A stretch of 48,895 bases of DNA from Flavobacteriales bacterium (GTDB lineage Bacteria; Bacteroidota; Bacteroidia; NORP154). Location: the NCBI GenBank assembly GCA_012965955.1, contig DTRK01000283.1, forward strand, positions 1-48,895, read 5' to 3'. Below the pieces are notes generated by a model, which saw only the letters and a list, made by a program, of their open reading frames with translations, made no database searches and had not been told where the DNA came from. The position numbers and the translations under genes are program-made. Positions 10,196-17,960 of the stretch are shown here, in pieces (position 1 is the stretch's first letter; every line of letters starts with the position of its first letter).

Positions 10196-11748
10196 GTCTT
10201 AATCTGCTCGTTCCTATTATTAAAGTACTTGACTTCCAGCAGGTGGTGAGACGGTTCGGCTTTTACCTTGATGCTCTTTTTATACTTCGATCTCCATTTA
10301 CCAGCAAGAGATGACATGAAACCGCGATTCAAATACGCTTCAATGAATGGATGAACATCGACTCTGAGGCCATTCTCATTTTGCTCATTGAGCAGGTAGC
10401 TTACATTTCTTTCAATGTCGTCAATAACCAGCTCACTGGGCTGAATTTCGCCGGTGCCTTTGCAGGTAGGACATTTTTCAGCAATCGCAATATTCATCTC
10501 AGGGCGAACCCGCTGTCGTGTAATCTGTATAAGTCCAAATCGACTAGGGGGTAATATCTTGTGTTTTGCCTTATCTCGGCTCATCATTTTCTTCATTTTC
10601 TCGTAGAGCTTTTTACGGTTCTCCGCCTTATACATATCGATGAAATCCACAACGATGATTCCACCCATATCCCTTAGCCTCAATTGACGTGCAATCTCTT
10701 CTGCGGCATCTAAGTTGACCGCAAGTGCATTGGCCTCCTGGTCATTATCCGCATTAGACCTGCTCCCACTATTCACATCGATAACGTGTAACGCTTCCGT
10801 ATGTTCAATAACCAGATATGCACGGCTTTTCATTGTGACAAACTTCCCAAACGAAGATTTGATTTGCTTATCTACCCCAAAATGATCAAAGATGGTTGTC
10901 TTGCCCGTATAGTACTTAACGATCTTCTCTTGCTCTGGTGAGATAGACCGGATATACTCTTTTACCTGCTCGTATTGCTCTTTATCATTTATAAAAATGC
11001 TGGTAAATGAGGCATTCAGCATGTCACGTAAGATAGCTGAAGTACGGTTTATCTCTCCCAATACTTTTTGAGGTGGCTTGGCGGTTTTCAGCTGTGAATA
11101 GGCGCTTTTCCAACGTTCAACCAAATCGCTTAGATCTGTATTGAGTTCTGCCACCTTTTTGTTTTCCGCAACTGTTCGAATAATGACCCCGAAATTCTTC
11201 GGTTTAATACTCTGAATGAGCCGTTTTAACCTATTGCGCTCTTGAGCACTGGCTATCTTCTGGGAAATAGAGATTTTGTCAGTAAATGGTATCAAGACCA
11301 GGAATCTGCCCGCCAGAGATAGCTCGCATCCAATCCTGGGCCCTTTTGTGGAAATTGGTTCCTTGACTATTTGAACCAGTACATTTTGCTTGCTTGCAAG
11401 CACATTGCTAATCTTCCCATTCTTATCAATATCCTTCTCAAACTTCATCCCCTCGAACAAGGGCCCAATCTGCTGATTGGAGAGTCCGCTCTTCACGAAC
11501 TTGTTGAGAGATTTATATTGAGCGCCGAGGTCAAGATAATGAAGAAAAGCATCCTTCTCGTAACCAACATCTACAAAAGCCGCGTTAAGGCCGGCCATTA
11601 CCTTCTTGACTCTGCCAAGATACAGATCCCCAACAGAGAATTGTGCATCTCCATCGTCGCTGTTTAGTTCTACTAGTTTGCGGTCTTCAAGCAACGCAAG
11701 CGTTACACCTGAACCGGTAGTAGAATCTATAAATAGATCTTTATTCAC
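10192..11748 (-). CDS. rng: Ribonuclease E/G family (RNase G-like)
   Basis: 518-aa ORF with an N-terminal S1 domain (GDLYLGRVKKVMAGLNAAFVDVG), the catalytic-core motif VIDVNSGS and GGIIVVDFIDM. Starts at a GTG. Confidence 0.9.
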   Translation of the reverse strand: MNKDLFIDSTTGSGVTLALLEDRKLVELNSDDGDAQFSVGDLYLGRVKKVMAGLNAAFVDVGYEKDAFLHYLDLGAQYKSLNKFVKSGLSNQQIGPLFEGMKFEKDIDKNGKISNVLASKQNVLVQIVKEPISTKGPRIGCELSLAGRFLVLIPFTDKISISQKIASAQERNRLKRLIQSIKPKNFGVIIRTVAENKKVAELNTDLSDLVERWKSAYSQLKTAKPPQKVLGEINRTSAILRDMLNASFTSIFINDKEQYEQVKEYIRSISPEQEKIVKYYTGKTTIFDHFGVDKQIKSSFGKFVTMKSRAYLVIEHTEALHVIDVNSGSRSNADNDQEANALAVNLDAAEEIARQLRLRDMGGIIVVDFIDMYKAENRKKLYEKMKKMMSRDKAKHKILPPSRFGLIQITRQRVRPEMNIAIAEKCPTCKGTGEIQPSELVIDDIERNVSYLLNEQNENGLRVDVHPFIEAYLNRGFMSSLAGKWRSKYKKSIKVKAEPSHHLLEVKYFNNRNEQIKT

Positions 11749-11769
11749 TACAAGTGGTTTTTACTTGTA
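11749..11769 (-). promoter_or_regulatory. Perfect 7-bp hairpin directly abutting the rng start codon
   Basis: TACAAGT-ggttttt-ACTTGTA. The 3' arm in mRNA sense ends one base before the GTG at 11748. Confidence 0.25.
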
Positions 11770-11887
11770 TGCCAAATCGGTCAAGTTCGGCCTACCCGAA
11801 ACAGGGTGCTTTCAAACTCGATCAAAGAGAGGTGAACTGATAATTTGTATTAGAAATAAAAGGAAGAAAGATTCATTAGAGCATCGA

Positions 11888-11980
11888 TTACGCTTTCTTC
11901 TTGTGACGATTCTTTTTCAAGCGCTTCTTGCGCTTATGAGTCGCCATCTTATGTCTTTTTCTCTTTTTACCGCTTGGCAT
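11888..11980 (-). CDS. 30-aa Lys/Arg-rich small protein (resembles the tiny basic ribosome-associated proteins annotated in Bacteroidota as AURKAIP1/COX24-domain or bS22-like)
   Basis: Not in the ORF track because it is too short. ATG at 11980 to TAA at 11890-11888 gives MPSGKKRKRHKMATHKRKKRLKKNRHKKKA. It fills the gap between the TPR gene and rng on the same strand. Confidence 0.7.
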   Translation of the reverse strand: MPSGKKRKRHKMATHKRKKRLKKNRHKKKA

Positions 11981-11990
11981 AACAAACGTG

Positions 11991-12488
11991 TTATATATTA
12001 TTTAATTCGTTAATAATATCATCGACCTGACTTTGTATACCTTCATCTTCTATCATGGTCTTATACTTAGTCATTGATCCGATGATCATATCTATTTTGC
12101 CCTCTCGGGCATATACTTGCGCCAAAAACTTAGCAGCGCCTTCATCTTTTTGCTCAGCATTCAAAACTTGTTGAAAACGATCAAACGCTTTTTCGTATTG
12201 CCCTGATACTACCGAGAATACTGCGAGCGCTAAATTCGCTTTTACATTGCCAGGCTCTTTCTCTAAAACCTGCCTCAACATCATAATGCCTTGCATAGGG
12301 GCTTCGCTCTGCAAAACGGAACTAATACCCTCTGTTATCTGCATTTCTAAGGTCTCCTCAGCGCCTTCAACATCTACCTTCTGATTGTCTGCATCAAACG
12401 GCACTGTTTTCGGAAGGACTACTATTACAGCAGCCAGTGCCAATGCACTAATTACGGCAATAACCTGTCCTTTTGATGATGAGATCAT
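11991..12488 (-). CDS. Membrane-anchored tetratricopeptide-repeat protein
   Basis: 165-aa ORF with an N-terminal hydrophobic anchor (VIAVISALALAAVIVVL) followed by TPR-like helical repeats (ANLALAVFSVVSGQYEKAFDRFQQVL...). Confidence 0.6.
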   Translation of the reverse strand: MISSSKGQVIAVISALALAAVIVVLPKTVPFDADNQKVDVEGAEETLEMQITEGISSVLQSEAPMQGIMMLRQVLEKEPGNVKANLALAVFSVVSGQYEKAFDRFQQVLNAEQKDEGAAKFLAQVYAREGKIDMIIGSMTKYKTMIEDEGIQSQVDDIINELNNI

Positions 12489-12509
12489 ATTAGCAACCCT
12501 GCAAGGCTA

Positions 12510-12797
12510 CTATACCGGTACACTTTTTTTCACTTTAGACACGAAGGTCTTAGCCGGCTTAAATGCAGGTATATTATGAGCTGGAATGATCAGTGTCGTA
12601 TTCTGAGAAATATTCCTCCCGGTTTTTTCCGCTCTTTTTTTAACTATAAAACTCCCAAATCCCCTGAGATAAACGTTTTTTCCACTCGCCATTGCACCCT
12701 TTACTTCGTTCATAAATGCTTCTACAGTTACCTGTACTGCGATTTTTTCAATTCCCGTCTTCAAAGAGATCTCGTTAACGATATCTGCCTTAGTCAT
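12510..12797 (-). CDS. HU/IHF-family DNA-binding protein
   Basis: 95-aa ORF. MTKADIVNEIS..., GFGSFIVKKRAEKTGRNISQNT and IPAHNIPAFKPAK match the HU fold signature. Confidence 0.9.
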   Translation of the reverse strand: MTKADIVNEISLKTGIEKIAVQVTVEAFMNEVKGAMASGKNVYLRGFGSFIVKKRAEKTGRNISQNTTLIIPAHNIPAFKPAKTFVSKVKKSVPV

Positions 12798-12831
12798 ACT
12801 ATCCTTTTTTATTGAGTAATTTTAATGGGTG

Positions 12832-12839
12832 CAAATATA
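12832..12839 (-). promoter_or_regulatory. Putative -7 promoter box (TATATTTG) for the HU gene
   Basis: The reverse complement of CAAATATA is TATATTTG, about 35 nt upstream of the HU ATG at 12797. Confidence 0.35.
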
Positions 12840-12946
12840 CATTTTAATATTAAACCTTGCGGTGCGTCGCCAAAGGCTTTGGCCAATGGAGACCGGTCAG
12901 GTAAGCCTGGAAGAGCGGCCAGCAGGTCCGGAGCAACACACCTAAT

Positions 12947-13993
12947 ATGTGGTTTTCAAATCAACTTCTGAAATGGTATGGTGCCAACAAGAGAAGTCTT
13001 CCCTGGCGCCAGACCAAAGACCCATATTGCATATGGATCTCCGAAGTTATCCTACAACAAACGAGGGTTGACCAGGGGCTCCCATACTATGAGTCATTCT
13101 TGAAAAAGTTTCCTGATATAGAGAGCCTTGCAGCCGCTGACGAAAAGGAAGTTCTTAAATCCTGGCAGGGACTTGGGTACTATTCGAGAGCGCGTAACTT
13201 GCATTTTGCGGCCAAAACAATTATTGATAGTGGAGGCAGGTTCCCTGAGACGTTTGAGGAGATTATCAAATTAAAAGGAATTGGCGAGTACACGGCTGCG
13301 GCCATCTCCTCCATATGTTTTAGTGAACCCAATGCTGTTATTGACGGCAATGTGTATCGGGTACTCTCCCGATTTAATGGCTTGGGCGTCGCCATTGATT
13401 CATGTAAGGGCAAGAAACTCTTTTCATCCATCGCCAATGACGTAATGGACAAGTCAAATCCCGGCGATTACAACCAGGCGATTATGGAATTTGGGGCATT
13501 GCAGTGTAAGTCCTCCAATCCAGACTGTGAGTCTTGCATCATTAAGTCAAGGTGTGCTGCGCATGAAACAGGAACAGTGGATTCATATCCCGTCAAGACA
13601 AAGAAGGTAAAGCAGAGAGCACGATACTTTAATTACATTGTAATTGAGGGTGACAGAGGTTGTTTTTATCAAAAAAGATCCGCAAAGGACATCTGGCAAA
13701 ACATGTATGAGCCCTTACTCATCGAATCAAATAAACACCTGGGGCGGAATGGCATTCTCAAAAGTGAGGAGTGGCTCCACGTTTTCGGAAATCAAGAAGA
13801 TGTAAAACTAGTTCCATCTGCAAGCTTAGAGCACAGACTCACTCATCAAACCATCAAAGCTAGATTTTGGAAGGCACAAACAAATTCCTGTTCAATGAAC
13901 ACTAAGTCACCATTAGAAGAGTTTGCTCAAGAGGATCTCAAGGAAATTCCAATCCCCAGATTAATCGAAAAGTATTTGGAATTGAGCGGTTAG
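12947..13993 (+). CDS. mutY: A/G-specific adenine DNA glycosylase
   Basis: 348-aa ORF with LPWR...DPY.IWISEVILQQTRV, HhH-GPD (GIGEYTAAAI), a 4Fe-4S Cys cluster C-x6-C-x2-C-x5-C (CKSSNPDCESCIIKSRC) and a C-terminal NUDIX-like domain. Confidence 0.93.
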   Translation: MWFSNQLLKWYGANKRSLPWRQTKDPYCIWISEVILQQTRVDQGLPYYESFLKKFPDIESLAAADEKEVLKSWQGLGYYSRARNLHFAAKTIIDSGGRFPETFEEIIKLKGIGEYTAAAISSICFSEPNAVIDGNVYRVLSRFNGLGVAIDSCKGKKLFSSIANDVMDKSNPGDYNQAIMEFGALQCKSSNPDCESCIIKSRCAAHETGTVDSYPVKTKKVKQRARYFNYIVIEGDRGCFYQKRSAKDIWQNMYEPLLIESNKHLGRNGILKSEEWLHVFGNQEDVKLVPSASLEHRLTHQTIKARFWKAQTNSCSMNTKSPLEEFAQEDLKEIPIPRLIEKYLELSG

Positions 13994-14034
13994 CATAAGG
14001 CTCCTAAATTCCGAACCTTTCCCTCTAAGATTCG

Positions 14035-14042
14035 TAACTTTG
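14035..14042 (+). promoter_or_regulatory. Putative -7 promoter box (TAACTTTG) for ssb
   Basis: Exact TAnnTTTG match, 49 nt upstream of the ssb ATG. Confidence 0.3.
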
Positions 14043-14090
14043 TTGACAAGGCTGATACATTTTCACCCTCGTATTCTATAATTCACAAAA

Positions 14091-14516
14091 ATGTCAGGAG
14101 TAAACAAGGTAATTTTGATTGGAAATCTGGGTAAAGACCCAGAGATAAAATATCTCGAGAGCAAGGTGCCCGTCGCCAATTTCACGCTAGCCACGAATTC
14201 CACATGGAAAGATAAAGACGGCATCAAGCAAGAACACACCGAGTGGCACAATATTGTACTCTGGAGAGGATTGGCCGAACTATCAGAGAAGTATCTTCAC
14301 AAAGGGGACAAAGTCTACATTGAGGGCCGTCTTAAAACACGTTCCTGGGAGGATAAAGACAATGTGAAGAGGTATACCACTGAGATTGTGGCTGAAAACA
14401 TGACCATGCTATCAGGAAAAAGAGCAGAAGAAACTCCAGTTCCAGATGACCAGGAACAGAACGCACCTGCAAGCATTCCTGATCTTGGCAAGCCGGTTGA
14501 TGATTTGCCATTCTAG
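14091..14516 (+). CDS. ssb: Single-stranded DNA-binding protein
   Basis: 141-aa ORF with the OB-fold N-terminus (NKVILIGNLGKDPE...TEWHNIVLW), a Pro/Gln-rich linker and the canonical acidic tail DDLPF. Confidence 0.95.
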   Translation: MSGVNKVILIGNLGKDPEIKYLESKVPVANFTLATNSTWKDKDGIKQEHTEWHNIVLWRGLAELSEKYLHKGDKVYIEGRLKTRSWEDKDNVKRYTTEIVAENMTMLSGKRAEETPVPDDQEQNAPASIPDLGKPVDDLPF

Positions 14517-14599
14517 CAGTATTCTGCTATATTTATTTTATATGATAACCTTTCTATTAATATTACCTCATCTGATATCTCGAATTCAAATACTCAAAT

Positions 14600-15997
14600 T
14601 TGGAAGAGGCAGGAAGTAGTGGTGAGCCGGCATATTGGCTCCTCTTTAGCACGATAAATATCGTTCAATTGCTTACGCCAGGGGTAATTATTGCCCTTCT
14701 ATCAGTAGGAATATTGTTATTTTTCTCTGCACTCATCTCAGGGGCCGAGGTTGCATTTTTCTCTATCAACACAGCATTAAAAGAGGAGCTCGAAAGAGGC
14801 GGGGGACGCAGATACAAATTAGTTCTTAACTTATTGGAAAGGAAGGAGAGACTCCTGGCTACTATCCTAATAGCCAATAATTTTATCAATGTTGCCATCG
14901 TGGTCATCTCAACATACATCAATGTCAAACTCTTTTCTTTTGCGGATAATCCTGCATTGAACTTTGTTATACAGGTGGTCGCTGTGACTTTCCTCATCCT
15001 TCTTTTTGGAGAGGTCATCCCGAAAGTCTATGCCCGACAAAATCCCCTCAAGCTGGCAGGCATAACTGCATATCCCGTCTATTATCTCAGAAAAGTGTTT
15101 TGGTATTTAGCATCGCTTCTGGTATTCACCACTCGCTTTATTCGAAAAAGGATTAAGCTGAAACAGCACAACATATCAGTTGATGAGTTACAGGACGCGC
15201 TTGAGCTAACTGATGAAAACACACTTGAAGAAGAGGACATTCTAAAGGGTATTGTCAAGTTTGGGAGCACAGATGTGAAGCAGATTATGAAACCTCGAAC
15301 GAATGTTGTTGCTATAGCACAGGAGACTGAATATAATGATCTGATCAAAACCATTGTTGACTTCGGATTTTCAAGATTACCTGTTTACGGGGAGACGCTG
15401 GACAATGTTAAGGGAGTGTTGTATATCAAGGATCTCTTGCCTGGGCTGAAGCTCAACTCAGAATCTGACCCTGCTGTTTCTTTTGCTGGTTCTCCCAATG
15501 GTGATTGGCAATCCCTCATCAGAACTCCGTTCTTCGTTCCAGAGAACAAAAAGATTGATGACCTCCTGAAAGAATTTAAGGAACGGAAGATTCACCTGGC
15601 AATTGTTGTTGATGAATATGGGGGTACATCGGGAATTGTTACACTTGAAGATATAATTGAAGAAATTGTTGGGGAGATCTCCGACGAGTATGACGATGAT
15701 GAGTTGGCGTATTCCAAGTTGGATGAATTGAACTTCGTATTTGATGGCAAAACAGCACTCAATGACATTTATCGCGCACTGGATATCGATGGAACCGCGT
15801 TTGAAGACGCCAAGGGCGAATCGGATTCTTTGGCGGGATTCATTATCGAGCTAGAGGGTAAGATCCCCAAGAAAAATGACAAGGTGACGTTTGAGAACTA
15901 CCTTTTTACAATTGAAGCGGCCAACCGAAGGAGAGTGGAGCGCGTTAAAGTTACTATCTTGCAAACCAATGAAGAATCTGAGAATCCCGAGAGTTAG
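14600..15997 (+). CDS. gldE: Gliding motility-associated protein GldE (DUF21/CNNM TM domain, CBS pair, CorC_HlyC)
   Basis: 465-aa ORF. TTG is the only in-frame start after the upstream stop. It has an N-terminal four-helix membrane domain, a CBS pair and a C-terminal transporter-associated domain. The mutY-ssb-gldE-gldD gene order is the one I recall around gldD/gldE in Flavobacterium johnsoniae. Confidence 0.85.
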   Translation: MEEAGSSGEPAYWLLFSTINIVQLLTPGVIIALLSVGILLFFSALISGAEVAFFSINTALKEELERGGGRRYKLVLNLLERKERLLATILIANNFINVAIVVISTYINVKLFSFADNPALNFVIQVVAVTFLILLFGEVIPKVYARQNPLKLAGITAYPVYYLRKVFWYLASLLVFTTRFIRKRIKLKQHNISVDELQDALELTDENTLEEEDILKGIVKFGSTDVKQIMKPRTNVVAIAQETEYNDLIKTIVDFGFSRLPVYGETLDNVKGVLYIKDLLPGLKLNSESDPAVSFAGSPNGDWQSLIRTPFFVPENKKIDDLLKEFKERKIHLAIVVDEYGGTSGIVTLEDIIEEIVGEISDEYDDDELAYSKLDELNFVFDGKTALNDIYRALDIDGTAFEDAKGESDSLAGFIIELEGKIPKKNDKVTFENYLFTIEAANRRRVERVKVTILQTNEESENPES

Positions 15998-16598
15998 CTG
16001 GCTTTTCTTGTTGATAATTTTGACCATTGGATGTGATGATGCATTTACACCGCGCCCCTGGGGGTACTTTAGAATTGACCTTCCAGAAAAGACATATCGC
16101 ACTTTTGAATCTGATTGCCCTTTCAGTTTTGAGTATCCTGAGTATTCGGTGGTAGTAGAGCACAGGAGCCGTACCTCCATGCCGTGTTGGTACAACCTGG
16201 AGTTCCCGGAATTTCAAGGGCGGCTATATCTTACCTACCACGCTATTCTGAAACAGGGAGAAATCAACGAAAATAAGGCGCCAGTTGAAAAATATCAGGA
16301 GGATGCGCGCAAATTTGCGATGGGGCATTCGGTGAAGGCAAGTGCTATTGATGAAGAACTTATAGCCAACAAAGAAGAATCGATTTACGGAATTGTATAT
16401 CACATCAAGGGTATGAATACGGCATCCAGTCTGCAATTTTATTTGACCGATAGCACTGATCATTTTTTTCGGGGGGCTCTCTATTTTGACACAGCTCCTC
16501 AGAACGATTCGCTTGCTCCCGTCATTGACTTCATCACCGAAGATGTGTTCAGGTTTATTGAAACATTCAAATGGGAAACGTCCGTCCCCGAAGCTTAG
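15969..16598 (+). CDS. gldD: Gliding motility lipoprotein GldD
   Basis: An internal ATG of track ORF 15891..16598 gives MKNLRIPRVSWLFLLIILTIGCDD, a lipoprotein signal with a lipobox Cys, followed by PRPWGYFRIDLPEK, which is typical of GldD. It overlaps the gldE 3' end by 29 nt. Confidence 0.85.
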   Translation: MKNLRIPRVSWLFLLIILTIGCDDAFTPRPWGYFRIDLPEKTYRTFESDCPFSFEYPEYSVVVEHRSRTSMPCWYNLEFPEFQGRLYLTYHAILKQGEINENKAPVEKYQEDARKFAMGHSVKASAIDEELIANKEESIYGIVYHIKGMNTASSLQFYLTDSTDHFFRGALYFDTAPQNDSLAPVIDFITEDVFRFIETFKWETSVPEA

Positions 16599-16605
16599 GT
16601 TCTGC

Positions 16606-17628
16606 CTAAGCTGTCTTTATCCTATTGAGAAAGTAAACTGTCGAGGCGAACAACATCATCGCTCCGGCCTGGTGCATTACCGCAATTGGGATCGGCACTC
16701 CCAAGATTAGGGTAAGGACTCCCAAGGTGAATTGAATTACTGCCGCTCCTACGATCATCCACAATCCTCTTTCTTGAGCCTTGCTCAGCTCACCCCTAGA
16801 TCTTAACGCCCACAACCAGCCTACTACAGATAATATTGCGAATGCCAAGCACCTATGCACGAACTGTACACCCGCCAGGCCTTCTGTAAAGTTACGCCAC
16901 CACGGTTCCAATGAAGTTACCGCTTGCGGAATCCAGGATTCTCCCATTTGAGGGAACGTGTTGAATATGTATCCAGCTTTCAGGCCAGCTACAAATGCAC
17001 CGTAAATAGTCTGAAGCAGGATTAAACCAAAAAGGAGTTTAGCGACCTTCCCTACAATGGCTGGAACTGCCTGAGATTCCTGATCTTCAGCCAGTCTGAA
17101 TGCTACCCATAGGATATACCCCAATAGAACTGTGGCTGTTATCAGATGGGCAGCCAAACGATAATGGCTGACATGCGGGTTGTCAATCAATCCACTTGCC
17201 ACCATAAACCAACCCAGAAACGCCTGAAATCCCCCAAGTAAGAACATTGCCAGCAGCTGCATGGTAAGCTTGGGCTCAAGCCACTTCCCAATCAGGAAAA
17301 AGACAAATGGAATAAGGAATACAATTCCGATCAATCTTCCCAACATGCGGTGGGAATACTCCCACCAGAAAATTCCTTTGAAATCCTCGAGTGTAAACCC
17401 GGAGTTGATTTGCTGGTATTCGGGAAATGCCTGGTATTTGGCAAAGGTCTCCTGCCAATCCGCATCTGATAGCGGAGGTATGCTTCCCATGATCAGTTTC
17501 CACTCTACCATAGACAACCCAGAATGGGTGAGCCTGGTAATACCACCGATGACTATCATGGCAAACACCAGAAACGCTCCGGTGTATAACCAGATCAAAA
17601 TGGGCTTCTTGTGCTCTTCAGCTATCAT
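16606..17628 (-). CDS. ctaA: Haem A synthase (COX15/CtaA family)
   Basis: Polytopic membrane protein with conserved His residues (WWEYSHRMLGR, HRLAAHL, FVHRCLA, AVMHQAGA). The start is placed at MIAEEHKKP (ATG at 17628) rather than the upstream MCCRW... extension. Confidence 0.85.
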   Translation of the reverse strand: MIAEEHKKPILIWLYTGAFLVFAMIVIGGITRLTHSGLSMVEWKLIMGSIPPLSDADWQETFAKYQAFPEYQQINSGFTLEDFKGIFWWEYSHRMLGRLIGIVFLIPFVFFLIGKWLEPKLTMQLLAMFLLGGFQAFLGWFMVASGLIDNPHVSHYRLAAHLITATVLLGYILWVAFRLAEDQESQAVPAIVGKVAKLLFGLILLQTIYGAFVAGLKAGYIFNTFPQMGESWIPQAVTSLEPWWRNFTEGLAGVQFVHRCLAFAILSVVGWLWALRSRGELSKAQERGLWMIVGAAVIQFTLGVLTLILGVPIPIAVMHQAGAMMLFASTVYFLNRIKTA

Positions 17629-17918
17629 AAAAGCGAAATTACTAATCTTAGCCACCCATCTGCAGCACAATATGGATATTTCCGATCCCAGTATCTATTA
17701 TGACGCCACCCATCTTTATCCTCCATGAGATCTAAGCTCCTACTGGTGCGGGATTCGGTGGACAATTTAGAATTCGACTGACAGGGAAGATCAGCACAAA
17801 ATGGTTTGCCGATCGTATTAGAACTGAACTGAGATGGCGGCTCCTTAGGGTACGTAATGGATACTGCAAATGCCAAAAGCGCGCAGACCTTTAGACTTCC
17901 TAGCCCATCTACTTTCAT
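17625..17918 (-). CDS. Hypothetical 97-aa protein (uncertain), overlapping ctaA by 4 nt
   Basis: This ORF fills the largest otherwise empty gap in the window. Its TGA overlaps the preferred ctaA ATG as ATGA. The N-terminus is mildly hydrophobic. I recognise no family. Confidence 0.3.
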   Translation of the reverse strand: MKVDGLGSLKVCALLAFAVSITYPKEPPSQFSSNTIGKPFCADLPCQSNSKLSTESRTSRSLDLMEDKDGWRHNRYWDRKYPYCAADGWLRLVISLL

Positions 17919-17960
17919 ATGGAAGTGTATTTTTTCCCTAACTTCGCCTGACCATTCTTC

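Noticed and set aside
12869-12898. Short palindromes GCCAAAgGCTTTGGC and GACCGGTC in the HU/mutY intergenic region
   Set aside because: The stems are at most 6 bp with minimal loops and no T-run. I can discern no repeat partner elsewhere. That is too weak to call a regulatory element or an ncRNA.
14515-14540. Hairpin AGCAG-tatt-CTGCT followed by an AT-rich stretch after ssb, as a possible terminator
   Set aside because: The stem is only 5 bp and the downstream tract is mixed A/T rather than a T-run. That is not enough to call it a terminator.
15891-15968. N-terminal 26-codon extension of gldD in the track ORF
   Set aside because: The extension is entirely inside gldE and has no signal-peptide character. 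The internal ATG at 15969 yields a canonical lipoprotein signal.
17629-17670. Longer ctaA start (MCCRWVAKISNFAF...)
   Set aside because: The extra 14 residues look non-native for COX15/CtaA N-termini. The internal ATG gives MIAEEHKKP followed directly by the first TM helix. I kept it as an alternative, not the preferred call.
17261-17728. 155-aa plus-strand ORF
   Set aside because: It is antisense to the haem A synthase gene and has no motif support. It is a shadow ORF of a hydrophobic-protein gene.
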